Positions 26,881-39,764 of a stretch of 64,000 bases of DNA are shown piece by piece. Location of the stretch: the NCBI GenBank assembly GCA_964016885.1, contig OZ024743.1, positions 319,238,001 through 319,302,000 of the forward strand, given 5' to 3'. Positions within the stretch are counted from its first letter, which is position 1. Every line of letters starts with the position of its first letter. The translations under genes and the position numbers were made by a program. The DNA comes from Eledone cirrhosa. Lineage: Eukaryota. The notes beneath the pieces were generated by a model. The model was not told where the DNA came from. It did not search any database and saw only the letters and a program-made list of their open reading frames with translations.

Positions 26881-27231
26881 CTCTGTCTGTAGGCGCCCTC
26901 GCTCACACCTATCACGTACACACCCGAAACTGTATTATATGCGACAATCACCGTAAACAATGCTTGGAAGGAATTTTTAAAACAAATTAGAAAAATATTT
27001 AGCATAACGTTTCAAGAACACAGCCTCAGAATACCTTAAAACATACATATTTGAAAAAGAAAAAACTCTCTACACAGAACATTTTTAATGATTGTAAAAT
27101 GTCCAATAAATTCCATTCGTTGCAACACTGATTCTCTTTTTTTGTGATATCATACTCTGCTCTGCGAGAGCATCGAGTGCTCAAACGGCCTACCGCATAC
27201 GGACGCTTTAAGCATATATATATATATATAT

Positions 27232-27632
27232 GGGTGGGTAAAATTCCCGAGATCCATGGACGAGTACTCTCCAGCGATCTCTGGCCCTCATCATCGCTGC
27301 CATGTCCTGCATCTCCAAGAGAGAAGTGTCTGTACTTAGGGCATCAACCTATGTCAACCTCGGTTTCCTTCTTCTAGTGTGTCCGTGCAGGGGCTCCCAT
27401 AGGTGCACTGAGTGTAGTGTCATGTCCAGCTAACCTCAGTTTCCTCTGTGCTTCTTTCGAGCTGACTTTTGGGAGGCTCCCGTACAGCTCTGTGTTCTTC
27501 ATCCTCAGTGTATACTGATTAATGTTCAAAGCCATCCTCAGCATTCTCGTGTAGCACCCATCCAGCATCTGAGTGAGTTTCTTGGTCAGTGTCCAAGTCT
27601 CAGACCTGTACATCAGCACATACTCCACTGTA
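27232..27632 (-). mobile_element. RTE-clade LINE 3' fragment
   Basis: VEYVLMYRSETWTLTKKL..LDGCYTRMLRMALNI..LRLAGH; second shorter copy at 52567-52745. Confidence 0.85.
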
Positions 27633-27637
27633 GTATA

Positions 27638-27668
<31 letters not shown>

Positions 27669-27699
27669 GTATCTATACACGTATATGTGGATATATGCG

Positions 27700-27727
<28 letters not shown>

Positions 27728-27730
<3 letters not shown>

Positions 27731-27950
27731 ATAATAATAAATTTGAAGACTAAAATCCAAAGAGGGCTCGATAAGGATACATATATATCAAATATATAAG
27801 AACCGTAGAGCAAATATTTATTAAAATAACAGATTAAAGTTTAAGCAAAGAATCGCTGCTTTCACCCTTAACGGGATCTTCTGAAGATTCCGTTAAGGGT
27901 GAAAGCAGCGATTCTTTGCTTAAACTTTAATCTGTTATTTTAATAAATAT
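27728..27950. mobile_element. Penelope-like terminus with a 137-bp fold-back palindrome (27814-27950)
   Basis: Same sequence as 35547-35720, 37955-38113, 39765-39846 and 53275-53465. Confidence 0.8.
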
Positions 27951-28601
27951 ATATATATATACATATATATACCTATGTATACACGTATATATGTATATAT
28001 GCGTATATATAAATATATACCTATATATGTATATATACATGTATATATGTATATATGCGTATATATATATATAATACTTCTTTCTTTGAGCTATTTCATT
28101 GTAAAGGACTACCTGAGATTTGAACTCATTATTAATAGTATCACTGCTCCTTACGTAGAGCTAAATTTAACCCCATATAAACGGCTGTTATTTCTAGCAG
28201 CACGAGTATGCGGTAGCTAGACACTGGATAACCATGTGTGAAAAACCATGTGCGTTAAACAGTCTTTTAAAATATTTTGAAGTGAAACATACCAATTTTT
28301 CTGGTGCTTGCTGAGGAGATAGAAATGCGGTATTCTTTCACTTTCATTTTTCGAAACTTATTTGGATTTTAAGGTTTAAACCAGTCTACGGAACAGGTTT
28401 GATTTTGAAATTTAAATTTGTCCAAGCACCACGGCCATTTGCCAATATACTTTGTTTTTATTGATTTATTATTTTAAATCGAGACAGGCAAACTGTATTA
28501 TTATAATTAGTATTTTTCAATCTAGCTAACTTAGTCATTTACAATACAAACATGGATATGTTGGTATTTGTGTTTATCAAATATATTAATTTATATTAAC
28601 T

Positions 28602-28644
<43 letters not shown>

Positions 28645-28974
28645 AGATCGTGATTTGTTATTGTTATCTTACGAAATTACAGCTTTATTTACAAACCATG
28701 CTTATTTGGCGAAGTATTATCTATCGCTCAGCATGACTCCCTATTTCTTATATAAAAGACACTGTTCTTAGAGTGATCACCGATCAGTTGGATGGTGGTT
28801 TTGATCAGTCATACACCAGAAAACAAGGCCATATCCTTTACTCCATAACGCCAATGCATTCACACTTTCTACCTGCCTCTCTAAACAATATATCTTTTTT
28901 TACAAGTACAACAACTAAATATATATTTAAAACTATTTCCCTTTCAATGAACAATGTATTTTACTATAACGTTA

Positions 28975-29300
28975 TCAAGGCGGCGAATTGGCAGAGTTGT
29001 TAGAACGTTGGATAGAGTGTGTTGCGGTATTCGTTTCGGTACAATGAGCTCTCAGTTCAAATCCCACCAGGGTCAACTTTACCTTTCATCCATTCTAGCT
29101 CGATAAAAAAAGTACCAGTCTTGTACAGGGGCTGGTTCTTTCTTTATATCTCTTTCTCACTCCCTCTCTCTCATTTTCTGTATTTCTCTGAAGAAATATA
29201 CTGTGTTCAGACCTGCAGAGGTATGGTCTCTACCAGGCTTAAAATGCTCAAGAAATGTCGTACTCCACTACGGCGTCCCTACAATTCCATCAGGAATTAC
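28975..29300 (+). mobile_element. CORE-type SINE, long-tail subfamily
   Basis: ggcggcgaattggcagagttgttagaac head, cagttcaaatccc B-box, core. Confidence 0.8.
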
Positions 29301-29538
29301 GGGACAAAGGTAAGTATTCTATGGCTATAAATAAATACATCAAATGTATCTGTTACACAACAATACATTCGACACAACCAACTCAACCAAGAATTCTGAT
29401 TTTTTTCTCAACTTTCCAACTTCTTCTTTTTCCTAACGTTACTCTATCCTGATAAAGGACTAACGGAGGAACCCTATTTCGGCCACTTGTACTCTGTTAT
29501 ATGCGGGAATTTTGAAAATTATGTGTATTTCGAATATA

Positions 29539-30290
29539 TCTATATATATAAAACTGAGGTTGTCTGTCTGTCTGTCTACTAAAACAGTCGGCACACATCT
29601 CCTCCTAAACCGTACCTTCAAATTTCGGTGAAATTGCTACACTTATAGATGAAGGTCCGGCAGAGACATCGGTCAAACATATTTTCAAATCGACCCACGC
29701 CAAGTGCAAAAATCGAATTTGTAATGTATTGATTTTTCAGTTCAAATGTATAAATAGAGATGAGAGACGAGTTATTTCCCCTTTATGGCGTCATTTGTTT
29801 ATCTATTTACGTTACGAATAAACGTGCAAAAGTACAAAAATACTTTTTGCTTCATTTCCATTAAAAAGTCTTTTGAAACAGTATTTCAGCGCATCAGCCT
29901 CGCCATCACCCGAGGCAACGCTGCGAGTGTGCTGGCTTGCCTAAAAAATCATTAGAGAGGTTGCCCATCACTCGCGATGTTGCTGTCTTTTGCTCTGGTG
30001 TTGGCTCTGTTGTTCACCCCTTCCTTTACATTTTCTTTAATATTGTAGCATAGAAGGAATATATCGTTCATTTGTAGTGTTACCGAGGCATTTGTAATGT
30101 TATTTATGTATATATTTAAAACATATTTGTTATGTTATTCTACTGTAAATTTATTTATATGCTCTGTTTATATTTTCATTCTCACTACCCTCAAAAATTT
30201 ATGAAACTACATACATGTTGCAACTCTCACTCTATATATATATATCACTCACACACATATACATATACATCTAAAGAGAGAAAGGGAGAT

Positions 30291-30327
<37 letters not shown>

Positions 30328-30438
30328 GATAGGTCGTTATACAGAGAGAGGTACAAGATAATCAGATAGAGAGATAGAGAGAGAGAGAGAATGGCGACGA
30401 ACGCTGATTCACACACACACACACAAACATATATATAT

Positions 30439-30505
<67 letters not shown>

Positions 30506-31634
30506 CGTTCTTTATTGTTCTCCATTCTGTAGAGGAAGAAAGAGAGAGGGGGTATGAGTGAGAGAGAGAGAGAAAGAGAGAGAGTGGATATGAGAAAAAA
30601 GGGAGAGGGGTTGAGAAAGAAAGAAAGTTTAAGCAAAGAATCGCTGCTTTCAACATTAACGGGATCTTCTTAAACTAATAAATTCAATCTGTGAACGCAG
30701 AATTAAATATTTCGAGAAACGTTGCAACCGAAGGAAAACAGGAAGACGATATTTTGGTTCGTGAAGACGTTTTCTGGTAATGAACGAAATAAAAGCGAGG
30801 ATAATACGTCGTTATGTGGACCGAGAAGAACAATTTCATGCAAAGACAAGACCAAGTTTATGGTGTAAATGGAGTAGTTAGACTAATATTCTACTTAAAA
30901 TAACCGAATGATTTCCAGCCCTGGAGTTTAAGAATGATGTAAATAAAATTGTAAACGAAAATGATAGAGGTTATTAAAATAGTTGTTTCTACTTTTGGCA
31001 CAAGGCCAGCAATCACTCAGTACATTAGTGGTACTTTATTTTATCGATCCCGTAATGATGAAAGGTAAAGGTAACCTCGACGGGATTTTAACTTTGCCTT
31101 AAAATAGTAAAAGTAAATAGTGAAGATTTAGGCCAGTACATACGTATGCGCTGACGAACATACACATACATATACACACACACACACACGAGCGCGCGCG
31201 CATGTGTGTGTGAATCTTATGCGTTTCTACAGTATTTTCCCCAAACTTAAGACATAGGTTACTTATGTACTCCGGATGGTCATGGGCACTTTCATTTTTC
31301 CAGATATTGATTATAGGGCCTCCCGGCAGATAACCCCCTTCAACCGCTTCCTTGGAGTCGACTGAAGCACTGCAGTGCAATGCAACAAAACGTCATAACT
31401 TCTGGAGTTCGCAACCGATTTTCACAAAACTTGACACATAGGCTACGTTTGTTCTACAGATGAATGTGAACTCTCAGAATTGGCACATATTGAGTAGGGA
31501 ACCCCTGGGGGAGGAACCCCCTTTTGGAAAAAGCCGATGATTTTGTAAAAGTATAGTTTTCGAAGCAGCACTGAAGTATTGACTTAAATGGTATACATAT
31601 TTAATACCCGAGCAACGCCGGGTACCTCTGCTAG
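29539..31634 (+). mobile_element. Non-autonomous Helitron-like element(s) with nested insertions
   Basis: 5' a|TCtatatatataaaac...(ctgt)n; 3' hairpin cccgagcaacgccggg then CTAG|t; may be two separate elements. Confidence 0.6.
30625..30900 (-). mobile_element. Degenerate copy of the Penelope-like terminal repeat family
   Basis: aagtttaagcaaagaatcgctgctttc...cgttgcaaccgaagg matches 38045-38305. Confidence 0.8.
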
Positions 31635-31637
31635 TAA

Positions 31638-32127
31638 TCTATATATTACTAAAACTCTGCGATTACTTGGTTGTTTGCTTGTCTGTAATGTAATACAGCC
31701 AAAACGGCGCATAATGGGAAAATGCTTTGAAAGGAAGTTGACCCTGAAATGCGAATGCAAATGGAATAAAACAAGTTTCGCGTAAATCGGAGGACGGGTT
31801 GTCGAGATATGGGTTTTTTACGTGTACCTTCATAAACAGAGAGAGAAGGATAGAGAGAAAGAGATAGTGTGAGAGAGTAGATTGAAAAAGAGATTTAGAA
31901 AGAGGGAGGGGAGACAGAGAAGGAGAATGGAAGAGAGAGAGAGAGAGCTGGTGGTGTTGTTGTGTGTGTATATATATATGTGTGGGTATACATATATATA
32001 TATATATATATGTATGTGCATATTTGTGTGTGTGTCTATGACCAGTGTATATAGATCACAGACACCCATATATATATATATATATATGCTTACACACACA
32101 TTTATATATATATATACATACATACAC

Positions 32128-32195
<68 letters not shown>

Positions 32196-32326
32196 GCCTT
32201 CCAGTTTCATTTCACATTATATACATGTCTGTATATTTTAATTATTTAAAAATTATTTTTAAGTGAACATGGTTTAAAAAATATATTTTGAAGTGAACGT
32301 TACCCAACGGGTCAAGGGTGGTCTAG
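31638..32326 (+). mobile_element. Non-autonomous Helitron-like element
   Basis: a|TCtatatattactaaaac start 3 nt after the previous CTAG; ends accc...gggt-ggt-CTAG|t. Confidence 0.65.
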
Positions 32327-33775
32327 TTTTAATTAATATTCATAGCAGTTTTTAAAAACATTTTACTAATTATTGGCAGAGTCGGTAAAGCGTCTTATTT
32401 TTTTTCTGGTTCGCTGCATTCTGTGTTCAAGTGCCTCCGAGGTTAACTTTGACATTCCTCTTTTCGGGGTCGATAAAAGAAGTATCAGTCCAGGGGCGTT
32501 GAATTGGAGAAATCTTTAGCGAAATGAATACTGAGATTGAAGTGTTTCGGTAACGAAACACTGTTCATGTTAAATGTTTTGATTTGTCATTTGTTAGACC
32601 ATTTTCGAGTTTAGTCCCGCCTTTCCAAAGGATCTTTGCCATGTCTCCTTTATCAAGTCGACATCGTGTGTATCCCACACCATTAGTTCAAATCGTTGAT
32701 ATCTTCAGGATGTCGTTAAACCAGGCAAAACTCATCAATATAGAGTTGTTTGTTTGTCGACTTCTCACGTTTCACTTTAACTGTCGAAAACTAGATAGTA
32801 AAAATTCATCACTAGCTACCTATGCATGTGGTTGACCTGTACTTTTATCATGACTTCCAAGATTCATGGCCAGCCTAATCTGTTATCTCTACTAACCTTC
32901 ATTTCATTGGCAAATGTTTTATTTGAGAGTGTTTGTCACACATCACTTCAGCAATATGACTGTGGAATTTCTTTTCCATTACTCATCACCCACTGAATGA
33001 TATACAAAATGGCGAACTCTTACTAAGGTTTACGATGAGAATATCATCATCATCATCATCATCATTATTATTATTTAATTCAGAATAAGAAGCTGAATGT
33101 CGAAGGAGTTTCTGGGATGTAAGATGTTATCATTCCAACTTAGACACCTGACACGAGACATATACTACTTCTATAAGCAGAGATGTTTAAAAGATTCTGC
33201 AATGCAGATATTAATATAATAACATACCTTCCTTCAAGAGTACCAGTATAATTTGTAGCACACAGCTAAATCTTCAGACTTATTATACATAACCTCTAAT
33301 GAACTTTCATAATGACTACACATTAACATAAACTAATGTTAGAATCCTTTCTAGCTCAGACAATTGTAATTCTTGCAAGACACAATCGCAACTTATCCTC
33401 GAATAACGTTTACTTATCTAATACCATACAGCTACTACATACAAAATTTCCGCATGCGGTTGTCCTTTCATAATCATTTCAATTATATGCAGGTTATTCC
33501 AGACTAAGAAGACCCCACCAACTCTTCATATATGCTCAAAAGAAAAAGTTAAAAACATTGCATATTGTTCTATAAATTGTTTTGTAATTTTCGTAGAATA
33601 CATGTTTCTATTATTTTCTTTATTACATTTTTTTAAAAAGTTATGTTATACAATATTTAAGTACCTTTTAACATTTTATATTCTAAGGTAAATGGACTTT
33701 ATGAGAGATAACAATGGGTGCCTTATGAATAGAGTTGAGCAAAGTTCAGACCGGGGTGAAGGCCGGGAAGCCGCT

Positions 33776-33896
<121 letters not shown>

Positions 33897-34362
33897 TAGG
33901 ATTGGTGCTTTGAAATAGCGATGTATACATGAATGTATGTATAGTATATTTGGTAATATACCGTATGTTTAATTAAAAACATTTTGAAGACCTTGCGCTA
34001 TCATTTTAAAGTAGTGACTATGTCACTTACTTCTTTTTTCGGCAAAGGAAGGGAGAGAAGCTGACAGATTCTGTTTCACACTGTTGGTGTTCCTCAGAGC
34101 AACGTACTCCCCGACCTCTGTTGAAAATTATAGAGGCTGGATTCTTATAGAATTCCAGTAATAATCAGTAACTGATTATACAGAGCGATTGCTGGTCCAG
34201 CAAAATTTAAAAATTAGGATTGGTGCTCTGAAATAACGATGTATACATGAATATATGTATAGTATATTTGGTAATATACTGTATGTTTAATTAAAAAAGA
34301 AGTAAGGGACATAGTCACTACTTTAAAATGATAGCGCAAGATCTTCAAAATGTTTTTAATTA

Positions 34363-35260
34363 ACGGTTAACCCTATGTAGGTCCTACTAGACGTGGGTGT
34401 TTCGACCTTACATTTGCAGACAATGTTACTGGAGAGGCATTTCCGGATAGAGGGCAGTCAGCCCGATTCCTACAATTACAGTTAGTACTAGCTACAGGGT
34501 TGCATGCGTTCCTACTGGTAGGTAATTTAGCTAAATTTGAAGCAGTGATGTTATGTGCAAAGTTAGGAGTCGTAGATTAAAATATTTTAATGGTATTTCT
34601 ATTAAAATTGCTATTATATTTATGTGCTGAGGGGAAATGCTTCTTGATAAGGGAGAGAAAGATTTTAGCTAATGGTGTGGCCACCTCCATATTATATGGT
34701 GGGTTATACCATATAATGCGTCGGATCTATTTTTCCTAGGTTTATGCTCATACTTAGTATATGCTACCTTATCGAGTAAGAGCTTCATTGTAATATGTGG
34801 AATGGTCGGTGAAAATATGCTTGTTTGTAGATAGACGGGAAAGCCTCAAAGAAACGTTTCTTACCAGGTTCTTGGTTATGCTGGCAGGATGGTTAGAATG
34901 CTTACTGATGTAATTAAGCATATCATTCGGCTTTCTATACGGGTAGTGAAAGCCATTCGACAAATTGAGGGTAACGTCGAGGTAGTTTACGACCGAGAGG
35001 TTGGCCTCAACTTGTATTGAGAGGTTAAAGCCATTAAAGAAGGCTGTGAGTTCTTTTCTAAACCTGTCGCAAGCGCATGGACTGCATTTTGTCATGGTAA
35101 AAAGACCGTCATCGCGGTACAAACCACCGCCCACATTGGGGAATTCTTCCTTAATAGAGAAAAGAAGGAAAAGGCCGATAAGATCTGTGACCTCCACCGA
35201 ATCGCTGGTACCCAAACTCACATTGAATGGGATACTATTAGATTTTTTTTATCCAAATAG
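34363..35260 (-). pseudogene. Penelope-like element RT C-terminus and start of GIY-YIG endonuclease
   Basis: GTSDSVEVTDLIG, GLYRDDG, VNYLDVTL, PYRKPN..YISKHSNHP; downstream CLSSNIVCKCKV..TYIGLT. Confidence 0.9.
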
Positions 35261-35546
35261 AGTCGTCGAAATTAATCACCGACTTACGGGCATTGAGGAT
35301 GACATCAACTTAGAAATCCGAAGCCGAGAATCATTCGGTTTCCTAAATAGAATATTACTCTACGACTCCATTTATACCATAAACGTGGTTTTGTCTTTGC
35401 GCGTAATTGTTCTCATCGGTCCAAATAATGACGTGTTATCTTCGCTTTTTCCCGTTCATTGCCAGGGAACGTCTTCACGAACCAAAGTATCGTCTTCCTG
35501 TTTTCCTTTGGTTGCAACGTTTTCCGAAATATTTGCTTCTGCGTTC

Positions 35547-35622
35547 ACAGATTGATTTTTTTAGTTTCAGAAGATCCCGATAAGAGTGAAAGTAGCGATT
35601 CTTTGCTTAAACTTTAATCTGT
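35547..35622 (+). ncRNA. Hammerhead-like motif, CAGAAGA core variant, in an inverted PLE terminus (35270-35720)
   Basis: acagattga..agttt-CAGAAGA-tcccgataagagt-GAAA-gtag..ttgc-TT-aaact-ttaatctgt. Confidence 0.6.
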
Positions 35623-35776
35623 TATTTTAATAAATATTTGCTCTAGGTTCTTATATATTTGATATATATTTATCCTTATCGAGCCCTCTTTGGATTTTAG
35701 TCTTAACATTTATTATTATTACTATATATATGTACATACATACATACATACATACATACATACATACATACATACA

Positions 35777-35805
<29 letters not shown>

Positions 35806-35807
<2 letters not shown>

Positions 35808-36750
35808 CTTGGACCAACAGCCGCTATATTGGCTCCCACTTTGAAGGATACGCTTTTGCAATCCAAGAACAGGAGATTAACACGAAATATCCGATTCACA
35901 TAAGAGATAGAGATGCAGGCAAAACACTTAGACGTGATAACAAGTGCAGACTCTGCAGAACTAACATCGAGGATATCACCCATGTCATCAGCAGCTGTCC
36001 AAATATGTCATCGCGGTACTATCTACCTATGAGGCATGATGTAGTGGCCAAAACACTGTACAATGCAGTTCGTAAAAAAGATAGCCCCGATAATAAACAC
36101 ATTAAAAGCTACAGCAATGTGGAAGACATCCATGTACATAATATGAAAGAGTACTGGTGGAATGTTCCAGTCAAAACCCCAATAAAATGCAGGCATAACA
36201 GACCAGATATTATGATATGGGACAGGGAGAAGAAAGCATGCACAGTAGTGGAAATTAGCTGCCCAGCAGATGCCAATATAATATCAAAGATTAGTGAAAA
36301 GGAGAATATTTATGCAGAGCTGATGAGAAATCTGCAGATACTCCACCCTGATTACACCTTCAGATTTATGCCTGTGATTATTGGGGCACTGGGGTATGCC
36401 TCAATACACATCTTGAGAAGCTTCACAGGAACAGAAAGAACACAACTAGTTAGGAAATTACAAGTACAATCCATTAATGGAACAGTAAAAATATGTAAAA
36501 CATTCCAGAAATTTTGCATCTAATAACTGCATATACACATGTACAGATTCAAAGCATATACACATGCACACATACAACTCAAAACATACACATCCACACA
36601 TACAATAACATCCATATCTACACATGCATGCATACATACATATCTACCTAGTTGATGTTGTGTAAATTCCAATTAAGAGAGTCTTGTGTCTATGTTAGAA
36701 ACCGACTCTCTCTCTATTGGTAAAAGTTTGTGAAATTATAAAACCAGAAG

Positions 36751-36753
<3 letters not shown>
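35806..36753 (+). mobile_element. 5'-truncated R4/Dong-type RLE element, second family
   Basis: SHFEGYAFAIQEQE, CRLC..HVISSC, RHD, RPD, VEISCP, KICKTF; (TACA)n upstream and CA(TA)n downstream. Confidence 0.93.
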
Positions 36754-36817
<64 letters not shown>

Positions 36818-37047
36818 TCGAAATAATCTCGAACATGCGTCTTGTCTCCCAAAATAAGCTCAAAGAAAAATTCAAAGAATAAATCCGAGCATTTAATAAT
36901 TAAAAAATTGTAAATGACATATATATATATATCTAATCATATAAATGTACAATAGAATATATCATACCTTAACAAGAGACAATCTGTATAGAATGTAAGA
37001 ACACATAGTTCGTTACAGTGTCATATTATTATTTGGGGCCCGAGAGT

Positions 37048-37300
37048 GCCACCAAACTCTCCTCCTCTCTATGTCTCTCACACAAAACTCTTTTAATACC
37101 CCTCTCTGTATCTACTAAAACCAAACTCTACCTCTCTCTATATCTACTACACGGAACTCTCTTCCGAACCCCTCTCTATATCAATTAACACCAAATTCTC
37201 CCCCTCTCTATATCTACACGGAACTCTCTTCCAAACCCCCTCTCAATATCAATTAACACTAAACTCTCTCCCTCTCTATATCTACTGCACGGAACTCTCA
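37048..37300. repeat. Minisatellite of alternating ~35-bp units (~70-bp dimer)
   Basis: caccaaactctc..ctctctatatctac alternating with cacggaactctcttcc.aacccctctc. Confidence 0.8.
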
Positions 37301-37320
37301 AAAACTGGAAAGAAGTAGGT

Positions 37321-37357
<37 letters not shown>

Positions 37358-37371
37358 TTATACACGCACGC

Positions 37372-37460
<89 letters not shown>

Positions 37461-37584
37461 GGAGGTGAGTTTTATTGTAGTACAATAAAGCAATGCAGAT
37501 ATCGGATAAGAAGCACTCTACAGTTTGTAGGACTGGAGTATACATAATATATAAGATCAAAAGATGGTTAAAAGAGTTCCATGT

Positions 37585-37653
37585 ATTTTATTATGCGCAT
37601 TTCAAAAACAAATATCATCATGCAATAATATTTGTGTTTTCATCAGATAAAAT
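37585..37653 (-). ncRNA. Minimal type I hammerhead ribozyme (mirror copy)
   Basis: Reverse complement of 37790-37858. Confidence 0.8.
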
Positions 37654-37789
37654 AGGAAAACATGATATGAAGGTTAAAAAACACTTGTGAATAGTGCAGT
37701 TTTCAATCAACATATGTTTAAATCAACATATGTTGATTTAAAACTGTACTATTCACAAGTGTTTTTTAACCTTCATATCATGTCTTCCT

Positions 37790-37858
37790 ATTTTATCTGA
37801 TGAAAACACAAATATTATTGCATGATGATATTTGTTTTTGAAATGCGCATAATAAAAT
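37790..37858 (+). ncRNA. Minimal type I hammerhead ribozyme
   Basis: attttat-CTGATGA-aaacacaaatatt..gatatttgttttt-GAAA-tgcgcat-A-ataaaat; 7-bp stem I, palindromic atgcgcat stem III, AUA cleavage triplet. Confidence 0.85.
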
Positions 37859-37887
37859 ACATGGAACTCTTTTAACCATCTTTTGAT

Positions 37888-37949
<62 letters not shown>

Positions 37950-38037
37950 TATATAGTAATAATAATAAAATGAGGGCTCGATAAGGATAAATATATATCA
38001 AATATATAAGAACCGTAGAGCAAATATTTATTAAATA

Positions 38038-38113
38038 ACAGATTAAAGTTTAAGCAAAGAATCGCTGCTTTCACCCTTAAAGGGATCTTCTGAAACTAAC
38101 AAAGTCAATCTGT
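38038..38113 (-). ncRNA. Hammerhead-like motif, CAGAAGA core variant
   Basis: Reverse complement of the 39765-39840 fold, stem II ccc/ggg intact. Confidence 0.6.
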
Positions 38114-39764
38114 AAACGCAGAACTGGATATTTCAAAACACGTTGCAACCGGAGGAAGACGATACTTTGGTTCGTGGAAACGTTCGCTGGCAAAGAACGG
38201 GAAAAAACGAATAATACGTCATTAATAGGAGCGGTGAAAAACAATTACGCGCAAAGACAGAACCACTTTTATGGTATAAAAGAGGTCGTAGACTAATATT
38301 CTCTTAGGTGGTGCATAGAGACGTTCTCTGGCAATGAACGAAAAAACGAAGATAATACGTCATATGTGGAGCGTGGAGAACAATAGCACGCAAAGACAAA
38401 ACCACGTAAATGGTATAGCAGAAGTCGTAGACTAAAATTCTAACTAGGAGACCAAATGAATCTCCGCTACAGAGTTAAGAACAAAGTAAATAAATACAAT
38501 ACAGAAGTAATAGAAATAAATAAATACGTACACGCAAACAAATACATACATACACAAGCATACGCAAAACCTACCATAGATATACAAAACCACGCACATA
38601 TAAATATGTGTGTGTGTGTGTATGCTTGTGTACAAATAAATAAATAATTATATAAACGTATATAAGTAAATAAATACGTATATAAGAAGCGCACACAGAT
38701 ACCCACATATAAATACACGAATGTTCGGAGACGTAAGTCAACTAAAACAAGAAGTACACATATACACACACCCACCATACGTACGAACCTGCATACTCAC
38801 GCAGACGCAAAACTCCCGTATACCCAAGCCAAACCCTAAATACCAGAATATATAAAAATTATACACCATAACAATCAAATATACGTACGAGAAGGTATAC
38901 ATACCTTCACAAAACATACGGGTAATATATACTTACCTATGCAAATAAGTAAAGGAATAAACAAAACATATACTTAGCTCCCACATCAAGACGTAAAATA
39001 TCCGCGTATAGATCGTACTATCCGTTAGGGTATAACGTGGGGCTGTAATACGGGAGTTTTGCGTCTGCGTGAGTATGCAGGTTCGTACGTATGGTGGGTG
39101 TGTGTATATGTGTACTTCTTGTTTTAGTTGACTTACGTCTCCGAACATTCGTGTATTTATATGTGGGTATGTGTGTGCGCTTGTTATATACGTATTTATT
39201 TACTTATATACGTTTATATAATTATTTATTTATTTGTACACAAGCATACACACACACACACATATTAATATGTGCGTGGTTTTGTATACCTATGGTAAGG
39301 TTTTGCGTATGCTTGCGTATGTATGTATTTGTTTGCATGTACGTATTTATTTATTTCTATTACTTCTGTATTGTATTTATTTACTTTGTTCTTAACTCTG
39401 TAGCGGAGATTCATTTGGTCTCCTAGTTAGAATTTTAGTCTACGATTTCTGCTATACCATTTACATGGTTTTGTCTTTGCGTGCTATTGTTCTCCACGCT
39501 CCACATATGACGTATTATCTTCGTTTTTTCGTTCATTGCCAGAGAACGTCTCTATGCACCACCTAAGAGAACATTAGTCTACGACCTCTTTTATACCATA
39601 AAAGTGGTTCTGTCTTTGCGCGTAATTGTTTTTCACCGCTCCTATTAATGACGTATTATTCGTTTTTCCCCGTTCTTTGTCAGCAAACGTTTCTACGAAG
39701 CAAAGTATCGTCTTCCTGTCTTCCTCCGGTTGCAACGTGTTTTGAAATATCCAGTTCTGCGTTT

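Larger units (their letters stand above)
37547..37896. repeat. 350-bp palindrome (~158-bp arms, two mismatches seen)
   Basis: ORFs 37493(+) and 37753(-) share KIKRWLKEF...KVKKHL; centre has a duplicated aatcaacatatgtt. Confidence 0.95.

Noticed and set aside
37048-37300. CRISPR-like repeat pattern (also 63781-64000)
   Set aside because: No unique spacers, no cas genes, eukaryotic context; ordinary minisatellites
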